From assembly GCA_951406725.2 (NCBI GenBank), contig OX597839.1, forward strand, positions 34,472,001 to 34,536,000: a stretch of 64,000 bases of DNA, read 5' to 3'. This DNA is from Octopus vulgaris (lineage: Eukaryota). A program made the position numbers and the translations under genes. Every line of letters begins with the position of its first letter. The first letter of the stretch is position 1. Below, in pieces: positions 24,650 to 38,254 of the stretch. Under the pieces are notes generated by a model. The model ran no database searches and had not been told where the DNA came from. It saw only the letters and a list, made by a program, of their open reading frames with translations.

Positions 24650-25056
24650 GTAAATATTCTTGTCTTTTACTTGTTTCAGATGTCAGACTCTGGCCCTGCT
24701 GGGGCACTGCTTGGAAGGATTTTTAGTCACACAAATCAGACTCCAGTATTTATTTTTTTTAAAAGTCTAGTACTTATTCTATCAGTTTCTTTTGCTGAAC
24801 TGCTAAGTTATGGAACATAAACAAACCAACACCGGTTGTCAAACCATGGTGGAAGATAAACACACACACACACACACATGCATACATTCATACATGGCAG
24901 GTTTCCACACAATTTCTATCTACCAAATTCATTCACAAGGCATTGGTCTGTAGTAGAAGACTCTTGCGCAATGTGCCATGCACTGGGATCGAACTTGAGA
25001 GCGTGTAGTTGCAAAGCAAGCTTCTAAACCACACAGCCATGCCTATAAATATAATG

Positions 25057-25129
25057 TGGGCTCACTAGGATTTGAACCTGGAGCCTTCTCATCCATAGTC
25101 AGGTGCATTATTCATTGCGCCATGAGATG
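25057..25129 (-). pseudogene. Degenerate tRNA-Arg(ACG)-like sequence
   Basis: TGGCGCAATGAATAATGCACCTGACTATGGATGAGAAGGCTCCAGGTTCAAATCCTAG is colinear with metazoan tRNA-Arg(ACG); anticodon decayed to ATG and acceptor stem broken. Confidence 0.65.
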
Positions 25130-27488
25130 GAATTTGTAAACATTTTAATCTATCAATACACGCGTTTTTACAGATCAGGTGTTTTTTGTGACCTTAGTCC
25201 GCATTCGTGGGACGATTGCAGTCCAATCTGTAATCTATTTATTCGTATCATATTATTTCATTTCTTACAGGTTGGTAACTTAAATACCAGTTATGTATTA
25301 GGGTAAAATATGCCCTGATTATTGTCTGACTTTAGCCTCCAACTTTGTCTTTCTCTCTCTCTCACAGTCATATATATACATTTGTGTGTTTGGATGTAAG
25401 TATGAGCATGTGTGTTTGTGCCTGTATATGCATTTATACATACATATATATATTTCATCTTTAATACCCACTTTTCCATGTTTGCATGGGTCAAACAGGA
25501 TTTGTTGTGGCAGATTTTCTGTGTGATTGGATGTCCTTTCTGTCACCAGCCCTCACCTGTTTCTAAGCAAGTTAATATTTCCCCTGTGGCCAGATACGTT
25601 TTTCCATGGAAGATTAGAAACAACACTGCTTGTATGAAGGTGATGCTCATTTACAACCATCATGTGGTGATAAGACAAAAATACTCTCACACACACACAC
25701 AACTTTTAGAATCAATATTGAACTGTATGTCTGTTGACAGTCCCCTGGTTAAATTGTTGACATTATGAGCAGTTTCCACTCTCAAGCATTCCATACTTGG
25801 AATTCTACAATAAAATTGCTTGAATCTCAATTTTTGTCTTCTCTCTTTATCATTCCCCATGAAGCATTTCCTCTACAACCCTTGATTTCCAAAAATGCCT
25901 TGGAATTGGCTTATAGTGGAAATCTCAATTCTCTTAGAATGTCTTAGTTTGTCGTGTTCTTGTTCATAAAATGTGTAAATCCAGTTGGTTGTGTGTGACC
26001 GTGTCTGTTTATTAATGGTGAGGATGAAACATTACACCTGTGAATCAAAGGAGTTTAATACTCTGAATAATTTAACCCTTTACTATCTAAACCAGCCACA
26101 TCCAGTCCAATAGTCTGTTTTATGCTCAAACCAACCAGATCTGGCCTCTCTCACCTACCCTACAATGTCATTCTAAAAATAAACGATCACATCATCAAAA
26201 TCTCAAAGCTACAAGACAAGGCACGTTTAATTCGAAGCAATATGCCAGCCTCGCCTGGCCCCCGTGCCGGTGGCACGTAAAAAGCACCATCTGACCGTGG
26301 CCGTTTGCCAGCTCCGTCTGGCACCTGTGCCGGTGGCACATAAAAAGCACCCACTACACCCACGGAGTGGTTGGCGTTAGGAAGGGCATCCAGCCGTAGA
26401 AACATTGCCAGATCAGACTGGGCCTGGTGCAGCCTTCTGGCTTCCTAGACCCCAGTTGAACCATCCAACCAATGCTAGCATGGAAAGCGGATGCTAAATG
26501 ATGATGATGATGATGATATATATTATCATTATCATCATTTAACGTCTGCCTTCCATGCATGGTTTGACTGAAGCCGGTCAGGTGGAAGACTACATCAGAC
26601 TTCCGTGTCTGTTTTGACATGGTTTTTTACGGCTGGATGCCCTTCCTAATGCCAACCACCCAGCAGAGTGGACTGAATGCTTTTTATGTAGCACCAGCAC
26701 AGACAAGGTCAGTTTTGGCTTGGTTTTTACAGCTGGATGCCCTTCCATATGCCAACCACTTCACAGTGTGGATTGGGTGCTTTTTACATGGCACTAGCAC
26801 CGGCAGGGTCATGAAGTAACCTGCAAGACAAGTAATTTTTGAGAGAGGAAGTGGGCATTGAAGGAGGTTAAGATATTTGAAATGGTTATAATTATTTTGG
26901 GTTGTTAAACTCATCATTTTTATATATTTATGTCTACACTGTGTAACGATCAGTTTGACCTCTGAATGTAATCCCTGGCTGCATTTGAACCAGGAAACCT
27001 TTATTTTAAAACTAAGAGCAACAGCATCCTTATGCCCTAGCTCAGACTCACGCAACATTTTTCAAGAAACCGGCCTCATGAGACATGGTTCATTATTAAA
27101 AGCCAGCTGCACAGTTATAAAAAAAGTCATTCAAGGCATCTTTTTTTTTAATGTGCCATTCAGAAAGCCATGCAGGCCACAGTGTGCCCCTGACCGCTCC
27201 CTGGGTACTCCTGCATTCATTAGCTTCAAAATAAAAGGTGTTAATTGAAATCTAGTCCAGGGATGAGACATTTATGGACAACTGGAGATGAGGCTAATAG
27301 AAACGTAGACAAGATGTAAATGTTAAAGATATTTATTATAGTTTTGTTATTCTCTTTAATGGTTTGCCTTTTGGTGTCAGGTCTGTGGCGTTGTTTCCTG
27401 CCGCATCATCTCTCAACAATTAAGGGCTACACATTCATGTTTTTGTTGAATTCTTATATGTTCTGCTTCAACTTTATTAACAGGTCAC

Positions 27489-27672
27489 ACAATAATAATG
27501 ATATTCTCTCTCCCTGTCTCTTTCTCTCTCTTCCTGTCTCTCTCTCTCCCCATCTCTCTCTTCAATAATGATATTCTCTCTCTCTCTATCTACAATAATA
27601 ATGATATTCTTTCTCTCTCTCTCTCTACAATAATAATGATATTCTCTCTCCCCATCTCTCTCTACAAAAATA

Positions 27673-27710
<38 letters not shown>

Positions 27711-27760
27711 CTCTATCTCTCTCTCTCTCCCCGTCTCTCTCTCTTCCTCTCTCCCTGCAA
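27489..27760. repeat. Compound repeat of CAATAATAATGATATT plus (CT)n, about 5 units
   Basis: Seen directly. Confidence 0.85.
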
Positions 27761-30097
27761 CATTAACATTTTGAGTTTCAGTTAAACACAGGTAACCTTC
27801 AGCTTTTCCAGAGCAGAGACTTTTTTAACCCAATATTTTACCTAATATTGTCAACAACTTTTTCAGGTTCAGTCATTAAAAAGCAAAATATTTCACGTTC
27901 TCTCAAAGTTTCTAATTTCTTATGACATAAACTATAAATGATATTTCATGTTGCTTTGGGTTATGCTTTCTGAAAATAAAGATGTTTATAACTTTTATAT
28001 TTCATATGAAATTAAGTCACACGACGACCAAATTAAAGCACAAAACTGAACCAGGACTTCCATTATTACAATTGATCTCATGTTTAACACAATACCATGG
28101 ATTTGTACTGGCACTCCGGTCGATTAAAACAATAACCATTCCAGTTGATCCGATCCATGGAACAGCCTGCTCATAAAATTAACTTGCAAGTGGCTGAGTA
28201 CTCCACAGACCCATGTACCCTTAATGTAGATCTCAGGGAGATTCAGCGTGACACAGAATGTGACGAGGCTGACCCCTTTTGAACTGCAGGGGTACAACTC
28301 AGATACTTATTGTTTTGGTCTTTTTTGCCGAACCACTAAGTTACAGGAGACATAAACAAACCATCACCAGTTGTCAAGTGTTGGTGGGGGCAAGGACACA
28401 CACACTCTCTCTCTCTCACACACACACACATACATATATACATACATGCATACATACACACATACATACACACATACATACATACACACATACATACATA
28501 CACACACATACATACATACACACATACATACATACACACATACACACACACATACATACACACACACATACATACATACATACACACATACTTACATACA
28601 AGATGGGCTTCCACACAGTTTTTGTCAAGTAAATTCATCCTCAAAGAATTTGTTGGCCTGAGGCTATAGTAGAATACACCACTCAAGGTGCCATGCAATG
28701 GAACTGAACCCAAAACCACATGGTTGCAAAACAAGTACCTTAACCACACGGCTATGCCTGCCCCGCTTTTAAGAAGAAAAAAAAAATATATGTTTATTCT
28801 TAATTCTCTTCATTTTATTTCTTTAGATCTTATTTGTAACAAAACCCACCTGGTATTTCTTACTCATTTCTATATAATTTGAGACATTACCTACAATTTT
28901 TACTTCTACCATTATATATATGTATATTCAAGGCGGTGAGCTGGCAGAAACGTTAGCATGCCGGGCGAAATGCTTTGTGGTATTTCATCTGCCGCTGCGT
29001 TCTGAGTTCAAATTCCGCCAAGGTCGACTTTGCCTTTCATCCTTTCGGGGTCGATTAAATAAGTACCAGTTACGCACTGGGGTCGATATAATCGACTTAA
29101 TCCGTTTGTCTGTCCTTGTTTGTCCCCTCTATGTTTAGCCCCTTGTGGGCAGTAAAAAAAATTAAAAAATAATATATATATGTATATTCCTTTCTGACAT
29201 TTTTTCCATTTTGACCCCTTTTATATATAGCACCTACACCCTACCTTTAATTTTTCAATGTTACAATCTCCCCCCATTTTTTCATACTCTGTTCCTTCGT
29301 TCCTTTATTTCTTTCATCTTCCCCTAAAATTCTTGTTTCTTCACCCACATCTTTGTCTTAACCATTTTTCTCCACCACCACCACCACCCCTATTTTATAC
29401 TAGTTCTGACTTTTTATTGTGGTAAGTTACCGAAAGTCTGAAGTAACAACTGCATTAACGCTTCTCAAACATTCTCCACCTAACATTCTCCACCAGCATA
29501 ATGAACAATATGTCCAATTTTCGGCATATTTGGCATTAGAAATTTTTTCGTTTGCCCTTATTTATAAGTTGTTTATAATTTTAACCTTTAAAGGTATTTT
29601 TTAATATGCTAGCCATTGATAAAATTTTTTCGAAAAAATTTTATCCTACATTAAATAAATATATCTATATATATAATAATAAATATTAGGGAATAAATCC
29701 AAAATTACAGGGAAAAAAAATCAGATTTAGGATTAAATCCAATTTTATAGTAAAATATTATATAATATTAATTCGAGACAGTGGTTTTGTCTCGAATTAA
29801 TATTATATATATATATATAATAAAGAATCAGTTGAAATTGGTACCTGAGTTGAGGCACCAAGTCAATCTGGTATTATTCACACAGCTCGAAGTAAGGTAT
29901 CCTTCTAAACTCATTTTTGGAAATGTATATATGTAAATGAAGAGTGTGTATATATATATATAGTATGTATATAACAAAATCAATCATATTTTAATTTGAT
30001 TCCTCATTTTAATTTCATCAGTTTTCATTTTTATTTCTGATTGATGTTAATTTTTGATTTTATTTTGTTTTTATTTATTTTATCCTTATTATTTCAG

Positions 30098-30273
30098 GAA
30101 TGCAAACGAGAAGGAGATTAAAGATCTGACAAACAGAACGAAAGAGCTGCAGCGTTACCGTGAAGTGGCTCTGAAAGAAGTTGCCGAACTGAAGATCCAA
30201 TTGAAACTGGTGGAGGAGGCCAGGGACAGTGTACGGCGGGACCTGATTGAAGCCAACCGTAAAATAAGACAAG
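30098..30273 (+). CDS. CROCC: Rootletin exon w14
   Basis: tttcag|G, G|gtatgc; ...LKIQLKLVEEARDSVRRDLIEANRKIRQ; phase 2/1. Confidence 0.92.
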
Positions 30274-30614
30274 GTATGCTGCGTGTCTGCTGTTATGGCA
30301 TCACTTCGTTAAGACGAAACCGTATCAAATTTATATATAGTGGAGTCTTTATATATATGAACATAACGCTTTCCAGAACCATGTTCGTTAACTAAATTCT
30401 TCGTTATATGAGTTATTGAAATATATATAAATAAGGATAATCTGTTCTGAGTTACACTCAACCATCACATAAAAGCATGTAACGTTTTATTTATCCACCC
30501 ATCAATAGCAAATGCACAACAAAATACATAAATGTGTGTGTGTGTGTGCATGCGTCTCCACTCCCTTTGTCTTGTTTCTATCAATCAGTACATAGTTATG
30601 TTTTTAGCAAAATA

Positions 30615-31129
30615 CCGTAAATCCTCGAGTATAATCCGCATTTTTCCCCAAAAATTTAAAGGTCAAAATCCCTAGTGCGTATTATATATACGAGGTTAAA
30701 AATGAAAATTATTTTCTAAGCAATGTCCGTGTCTCTATTTGCTGTCTGGCAAGTTCATTCAGACGCATTTTGTGATGTCAGGGCGCGAAAATACCTTAAG
30801 CTAAGCCTGAAAGCAATGAAGTCATAAAAGAATCATCCATAACTTGCAGTAAGCAACATTTATTAAACGTTATTACTGTTATTTCTTTATTTTCTGCAAA
30901 CAAAATGCACAAAAAAGCTACATGTTTGCCTTATGTTATATATACAATAATAATAAAGGACGTTACCGTATACAGTTTTACAAACCAACGACGTGTTATA
31001 TAGACCTCCCTGACTCAAGTTAAAGAAGGGGTGCATATTATACACAAGGTTTAGGTTTTTCAGAGGTACAGCTCCCAAAAATCCCCTGTGTATTATACTC
31101 AAGGGTGGACTATACTCGAGAATTTACGG
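30615..31129. mobile_element. Tc1/mariner-superfamily (pogo-like) MITE
   Basis: TA-CCGTAAATCCTCGAGTATA ... TATACTCGAGAATTTACGG-TA. Confidence 0.85.
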
Positions 31130-32049
31130 TATATAAGAAATATTATTTTCTATATAAGATATGAAAGTTTGCAAGTTATATGAACAGCGTACATAGACAT
31201 TAACGAACCGTTTGTGCCCACTCCCCAAGCATCTTATATATGTGTGTGCACAGCATAATTGGGATTCATTGATGAGATTTCATCAAGCTTAGTCTTCTTC
31301 AGAAAAGCCATTCATTATTCAATTTTATTTGTCCAGAGCCCTATTCATAGTCAGGGTACCCTACTGAATTTCTGACAGTTGTGTTATTTATTGCAATAAT
31401 AACAAAGTAAGCTGCATGTTCTGTTAATGACAGCATTTTAAGACAAATCATTACTATGTAATTAATTGTAATAAGATCAAAGCAGGCTGTGTGTACTGTA
31501 ATGACAGCACTTCGTTAAAATAAACCGTATATCTATTTAATTTATTGTAATCATAGTAACGAAGCTTGATTGGTATTTTTATTTTATTTCAATTTATTTT
31601 CGTATAAATAATTTTGTACTTATTCTAAGAAAGTGCAATGGGAGAAGACTTACCGAGAAATTGATGGGTGGGGAGGATTTTTGTCTGTTTTTACTTTTGA
31701 GAAGTGTATAGCGTGGTGTGACCATTTGTCAAGGTTTATCTGGAAAAGCTAGGTTTATTCAATATGGTACCACAGACGGTAGTCAAAGGTAGCGAATTCT
31801 AAAGAAGTATTGTTGAGAGGAAGTAAGGCATTCTTATGATGCATAAAATCCACCCCAGGGCAGTTTTTAATGACCCTGCTCTGTATTAAGAAAGGATGTG
31901 CCAGAAAATGAATGAAGGAAACAAAAGTTTTGGTGTGTGTGTAATTTTTCCTTTGCCATCATGAGTGCGACACCCTATCCACTGGGCCATATGCTTTCAC
32001 CTGTTCAATCTATACAACATTAATAAACAGCAACAACCATTGTATGTAA

Positions 32050-32430
32050 TCTTTATATATAAAAGTGAGGTTGTGTGCTGTCTGTCTCCTACGATTTAGA
32101 TTCCTAACTACTCCCACATTTTGCGGTGCAGTTTATAGTCGTGATTCATATCGAGCCCTTCTGGGTATTAGTGCGCGTCTATGATGAGTCTACAATTTAA
32201 AAAAAAATTTACCATCATTTTTTTCCATTTTAATGCATTTTTTCGCTATTCTATAAGGGAAGTAACTCTCTAAAAATGTCTACGATGAGTCAACGATTTA
32301 AAAAAATTTACCATTTTTATTTTTCCATTTTTAATGCATTTTTTTGCTATTTTTTTGGCTATAACTCTCTAAAAATGCTTATATAGTTATTTCCCTTACA
32401 AACCCGAGCAACGCCGGGCGATACTGCTAG
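32050..32430 (+). mobile_element. Non-autonomous Helitron
   Basis: A|TC 5' end; subterminal hairpin CCCG-AGCAACGC-CGGG (32403-32418); 3' CTAG|T; no TSD; internal tandem duplication. Confidence 0.8.
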
Positions 32431-32500
32431 TGCTAACTAAACAATAAATACCGAAATAAATAAATAAAAGTTGTGTGTTTTCTTGAAATGAAATTTCCAG

Positions 32501-32686
32501 TTGAAGAACAAAAGGAATTGATGAGGAAAGATGCGATGGAACTGAAGAGGAATATCTACGATGAAACCAGAGAGAAGGAAGCTTTGGAACGGGCATCAGA
32601 TGAACTCCGTAATTCCATCAAGAAGTGTGAGGGAGAGAAAATGGAACTGAGTCGGCACTTGCAAGAATATCAGCAAAAGAATGGAG
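32501..32686 (+). CDS. CROCC: Rootletin exon w15
   Basis: ttccag|TT, G|gtattc; EEQKELMRKDAMELKRNIYDETREKEALERASDELRNSIKKCEGEK; phase 1/1. Confidence 0.9.
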
Positions 32687-32749
32687 GTATTCGTTAGTGT
32701 TTTATCTTTTAATTGTTTCAGTCAGTGGACTGTGGCCATGCTGGGCCAA

Positions 32750-33523
32750 CAAAATTACATGATGATATCTACAAATACTAAAGAGTAGATTTATTTAATA
32801 AAATTGTCATTGGCTTTAACCATGGTCTCCAGTCAACTTCGAAATCTTCTGCAACTCTTCTGGATGGTCTCCTTGTTTAAGTTGGCGAATGCTGCCATAA
32901 TCCTTGCCTTCAGTTTGTCTTTTATGTTACAAGTTTTGTTGGTCCCTTGCTCAACTGCACCCCACACATAATAATCAAGGGTGTTGCAGTCTAGGGAGTC
33001 AGGTGGCCAGATGTTAGGAGTGTTGTCATCACAGAAATTGTCTGACAGCCACGACTGGATTCTCTAGCTTGTGTTGCATGGTGCGAAGTCCTGTTGCCAG
33101 ACACAGGGTCTTCCAGCAGCCACCCTCTTCACCCAGGGCAGCACTACCCCCTACAGATTACATGTTGTGTCTGAGGCCATGTGAGAAGATGAGTGGAGGC
33201 ATAACGTTGCCATCACTAGTGATCACTCCAAACACCATGATGTTGACTGGATGTTTGATTTTTTTTCACTCTCAGTATATGTCCTCAGATTGACACCCAA
33301 ACACTCTGAAATGTTTGTATCAGAGCTTCTGGCGCGAATGCCAGGCTGTACAACATGTTGTTTCCAAATTTCTGGTAGAGTGAATTGTGTCATGGTGCTG
33401 TTTTTCTGACAGACAGTGCCCAACAGACCCTACTATACTGTGTGGTCTACAAAATGAAAAATAAACAATGTGCATGTGTGAAATTATTAATATAGAAAGG
33501 CAACAATTTACCCATCTTACCTT
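32750..33523 (-). pseudogene. Decayed, internally deleted Tc1/mariner transposase (DD37D, maT-type)
   Basis: Minus strand: KIKHPVNIMVFGVITSDG ... WQQDFAPCNTS*RIQSWLSDNF...WPPDSLDCNTLDYYVWG; 37 residues between the last two catalytic Asp; in-frame stops. Confidence 0.85.
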
Positions 33524-33555
33524 ATATATATATATATATATATATAGATAGATAG

Positions 33556-33586
<31 letters not shown>

Positions 33587-33662
33587 TAGATAGATATACA
33601 CACACACACACACGTGCATGTGCCAATACATTCTTTCATTGTATTGCATTTTGTTCCACCAG

Positions 33663-33907
33663 TGATTGAAGAACAGAAAATGGTCATCCAGAAGGAGGCT
33701 GGAGAACTGCGCAATAACCTGCGTGAAGTAGAAAAAGCTCGTTTGGATGCACGTCGAGAATTGCAAGAGTTGCGTCGCCAGGTGAAGTTACTTGACGGTG
33801 AACGCAGCAAACTGGGTAAAGAGGTGAATGAACTTCAGGCGAGGGTCTCCCGTGATGAGGAGCGGGAAGAGGAAACAAGGAAAGCTTCTTTTGATCTGAA
33901 GCAGAAG
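33663..33907 (+). CDS. CROCC: Rootletin exon w16
   Basis: caccag|TG, AAG|gtaaga; EAGELRNNLREVEKARLDARRELQELRRQVKLLD is a hallmark rootletin segment; phase 1/0. Confidence 0.95.
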
Positions 33908-33965
33908 GTAAGAGCAAGATTTTATATGGATGGTGTCAGATATATATATACACATATATATACAT

Positions 33966-33999
<34 letters not shown>

Positions 34000-34552
34000 G
34001 TTAGGGCAGCGGACTCGCGGTCGTAGGATCGCAGTTTCGATTCCCAGACCGGGCGTTGTGAGTGTTTATTGAGCGAAAACACCTAAAAGCTCCATGAGGC
34101 TCCGGCAGGGGATGGTGATCCCTGCTGTACTCTTTCACCATTCTTTCTTCTGTTGGCCTGCTCGCTTGGCCAGCGGGGTGGCGTCATTCGAAGGCTAAAA
34201 CAATGCGAACGCATTGTGACCAGCGATGTGTAACAACATCTGATGGTCTGGTCGGTCACGTGATCACGTGATATATATATTTTATCTCATTGTAGTTTGA
34301 TAAATAAATATTTAAATTTAATTTCATTGTAGTTTGTTAAATAATAGTTTTAATTTTATTTCAATTTTATTCGTTAAATATTTATTTTAATTTCATCTCA
34401 TTGTAGTTAAACAGCTGTTTTAATTTTATTTCAATTTTGTTTGGTGGATAAGTATTTTACATACATTTCATTGTTGTTCAATAAATGAATATTTAAGCTT
34501 TTATCTCGTTGCAGTTTGATAAATATTTCTTTTAAATATTTTGCTGGTACAG

Positions 34553-34985
34553 GTTGTAGAAACAGAAGCCAGTCGGGAGGCTCTCCGTAAGGAATTGGCC
34601 AACGTCCAGAGAAAGATGGCAGAAATCCAGGACGAATATCGTCTGAAGGAGAAGAATTTTATTATAACACTCGAGGACAGCAGCCACACTGAGAAGAAAC
34701 TGGAAGACCAAAAGAAGAATCTCGAAGTGGTGCTTGACAACACCAATAGTGAATTATCAGAACTTCGTCTCAAGCTGAGTGGTGCCGAGGGCAGAGTAAA
34801 TGCTCTTGAAACCCAACTGTCACGTCTTGAAGGGGCCAAGAGAGATGTGGAATACAAAATGAGCAGCATTGTGTCTTCTCTGCGCCGAACTATTGGCTTT
34901 AAGCAAGATACAACCAATCCTATTAACATGTTTCGTTCTCGTAGTCCGAGCCCTCGTCGCAATCGCCCTATTTCACCAACCAAAG
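34553..34985 (+). CDS. CROCC: Rootletin exon w17
   Basis: gtacag|GTT, G|gtcagt; LRLKLSGAEGRVNALETQLSRLEGAKRDVEYKMSSIVSSLRRTIG; phase 0/1. Confidence 0.95.
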
Positions 34986-35234
34986 GTCAGTGGGTTTCGG
35001 CATCTGTCAAAATATTATCTGATTCCATTTTTTGCTTCTTTTTTTTTTCTTTTTTCTTTTTATTCACGGCCATGGCTATGTGGTTGAGAAGCTTGCCTCT
35101 CAACCATGAGGCCTTGGGTTCAGTCTCATTGCACAGCATCTTGGGCAAGTGTCTCCTACTGTAACCCTGGGTTGACTGATGCCTTGTAGACAGAAACTTT
35201 GGAATCTCAGTGTGTGTCTGTATGTATGTATGTA

Positions 35235-35275
<41 letters not shown>

Positions 35276-36390
35276 CATGTGGAGGTGCAATGGCCTAGTG
35301 GTTAGGGCAGCGGACTCGCGGTCGTAGGATCGCGGTTTCGATTCCCAGACCGGGCGTTGTGAGTGTTTATTGAGCGAAAACACCTAAAGCTCCACGAGGC
35401 TCTGGCAGAGGGTGGTGGCGAACCCTGCTGTACTCTTTCGCCACAACTTTCTATCACTCTTTCTTCTGTTGGCCTACTCGCTTAGCCAGTGGGGTGGTGT
35501 CATTTGAAGGCTAAAACAATGTGAAGCGCATTGTGACCAGCGATGTGTAACAACATCTGATAGCCTGGTCGGTCACAGTGATCACGGTGATATATATATG
35601 CATACATACATACAGACATTAATTTGAATTTAATTTTAGCCATGAGACGTACGTAGTGTTTATACTTCTTATATTATATATTTATCATTCAGTTTAAACT
35701 TTTTGAGATCTAGTTTATAAGTTATATATTTATAAAAATTTATGGCCAGTTTGAACATGGAACAGGGAGAATATTTTTGGCTGGATACGACTGGTTTGAA
35801 TGTTAAAGGGTTAAACAAAGACCTTTGGTGATGATATTTAGGCAAAAGCAGTTCTAACCCTAAACCCTAATCCTCAAAATTAAACTCCATTCTGCTCTTC
35901 CTTTAATTATTTCAGTCATTGAACTGTGGCCATGCTGTAGCATTGCCTTGAAGGCTTCAGTTAGACAAATCTAACCCAGGAATTGTTTTCTTAAAATTCT
36001 GGTGCTTATTCTGTCAGTCTCTTTTGCCGAGACGCTTCATTACAGGGATGTAAACAAACCAATACCTGTTGTCACATGGTGGGTGGAGAGAGGCCAAACA
36101 CAAAGACACATACATATATATATAAATATATATGTGTGTGTGTGTTTGTATATATGTATACACACACCATAGGCTTCACATAGTTTCCATCTACAAAATT
36201 CACTCACAAGGCATTGGTCAGCCTAAGTCTACCTAGGCTGCCATACTGTAGACTGAACTTGGAACCACACGGTTGCAAACTGAGCTTTTCAACCACCCAG
36301 CCATACCTGCACCAAGCCATGTAAAACATTTTTATGTTATTTGTTTTATTTTTTCTTAACTAATGCATTTTTCTTTTTTTTCTGATTCAG

Positions 36391-36623
36391 GTTTTGATAA
36401 TACTTTTGCTACTACTACTGCTGAAAGCCGTGGTACACCTATTCCTCGGACTGGATCTCCTGATCGCTCTCAAAGTCCTGCTGCCAGGCCATTTTCTAGA
36501 AATATGTCTCCAAACCGAATGGATTCCAATTCCCTCGTACAAGCTGCCAATGTTGATCCCGAGCAGGTCCGTCGAGCGCTCAGGGATTTCATTCAACAAC
36601 TTACCAAAGCAGAGAAAGATAGA
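36391..36623 (+). CDS. CROCC: Rootletin exon w18
   Basis: attcag|GT, AGA|gtgagt; S/P-rich linker then VDPEQVRRALRDFIQQL; phase 1/0. Confidence 0.93.
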
Positions 36624-36824
36624 GTGAGTTTGGGAATTTGGGGCATGTTTGTATTTGATACTTTAATGTATTTCTCACCCAATCTACTCTGGCTGGCATT
36701 AGGAAGGACACCGAGTCGTAGAAACCAGACTGCAGGGTTTGATTCTATCTTCCGACTTGCCAGTTCCTTCCCATCGATCCATCAAACCCATAGCAGTACA
36801 GAAAACAAATCTTCATCATTTAAC

Positions 36825-37395
36825 AAGGCGGTGAGCTGGCAGAAACGTTAGCACGCCGGGCGAAATGCGTAGCCGTATTTTGTCTGCCGTTACGTTCTGA
36901 GTTCAAATTCCGCCGAGGTCGACTTTGCCTTTCATCCTTTCGGTGTCGATAAATTAAGTACCAGTTACGCACTGGGGTCGAGGTAATCGACTTAATACCT
37001 ATGTCTGTCCTCTCTGTGTTTAGCCCCTTGTGGGTAGTAAAGAAATAGGTATTTCGTCTGCCGTTATGTTCTGAGTTCAAATTCCGCCGAGGTCAACTTT
37101 GCCTTTCATCCTTTCAGGGTCGATTAAATTAAGTACCAGTTACGCACTGGAGTCGACATAATCGACTTAATACCTATGTCTGTCCTTGTTTGTCCCTTCT
37201 GTGTTTAGCCCCTTGTGGGTAGTAAAGAAATAGGTATTTCGTCTGCCGTTATGTTCTGAGTTCAAATTCCGCCGAGGTCGACTTTGCCTTTCATCCTTTC
37301 GGGGTTGATAAATTAAGTACCAGTTACGCACTGGGGTCGATATCTAACCTTGTTTATCCCGTCTGTGTTTAGCCCCTTGTGGGTAGTAAAGAAAT
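36825..37395 (+). mobile_element. Head-to-tail trimer of SINE family C
   Basis: One full copy plus two 5'-shortened units of about 165-185 bp, each joined at AAGAAATA|GGTATTTCG. Confidence 0.88.
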
Positions 37396-38000
37396 AATTT
37401 AATGTCCATGTTGGCATGGGCTGGACAGTTTGACCAGGCTGGCAAGCTGGAAGGTTGCACCAGACTCCAGTCTGATTTGGTAATGTTTCCACATCTGGAT
37501 GCCCTTCCTAACATCAACCACTTTACAAAGTGTAATGGTTGCTTTTACATGCCACTGGCACAGGTGCCATTTGCGTGACACCAGTATCTGCCACAACTGT
37601 GATTTTACTTGGCTTGATGGGTCTTCTTCTCAAGCATGGCATAACGCCAAAGGTCTCGGTCATTTGTCATTACCTCTGTGAAGTCCAATACTCAAAAGGT
37701 GCTTTTCATGTGCCACCGGCATCGACCACCTTGCCTCCGTGAGGCCTAGGGCTCAAAAGGTGCTTTTTACATGCCACCGGTGTGGGTACCAGTTATATAA
37801 CACCAGCATCAGCCACGTCTACGGTTTCACTTGGCTTGACCGGTCTTCTCAAGCACAGTATATATCGCCAAAGTCATTGCCCTCGTGAGGCCCAAATGAC
37901 AACAACGATGACGATTTAGCCTGAACCCAGAACCGTGTAGTTGGGAAACAAACTTCTGACCACATATTTTAAATCCCTCTCTCTCTCTCTCTCTCCCTCC

Positions 38001-38036
<36 letters not shown>

Positions 38037-38206
38037 TTTATTCTCCCTCCCTGTCACTCTTAATCGCTCTCTCTCTCTTTCTCTCTCTCGCTTTTATTCT
38101 CTCTCCCTGTCACTCTTAATCGCTCTCTCCCTCTCTCTCTCTTCTCTCTCTCTTTCCCTCTCTCTCTCTTTCTCTCACTCTCTCTCTCTCTCCATCTCTC
38201 TCTCTC

Positions 38207-38254
<48 letters not shown>

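Noticed and set aside
31269-31376. TGATGA...CTGA as a possible C/D snoRNA
   Set aside because: No terminal stem and no recognisable guide sequence
34501-34983. 160-aa minus-strand ORF (also 8283-8609, 33517-33810, 47443-47718)
   Set aside because: Antisense shadows of rootletin exons
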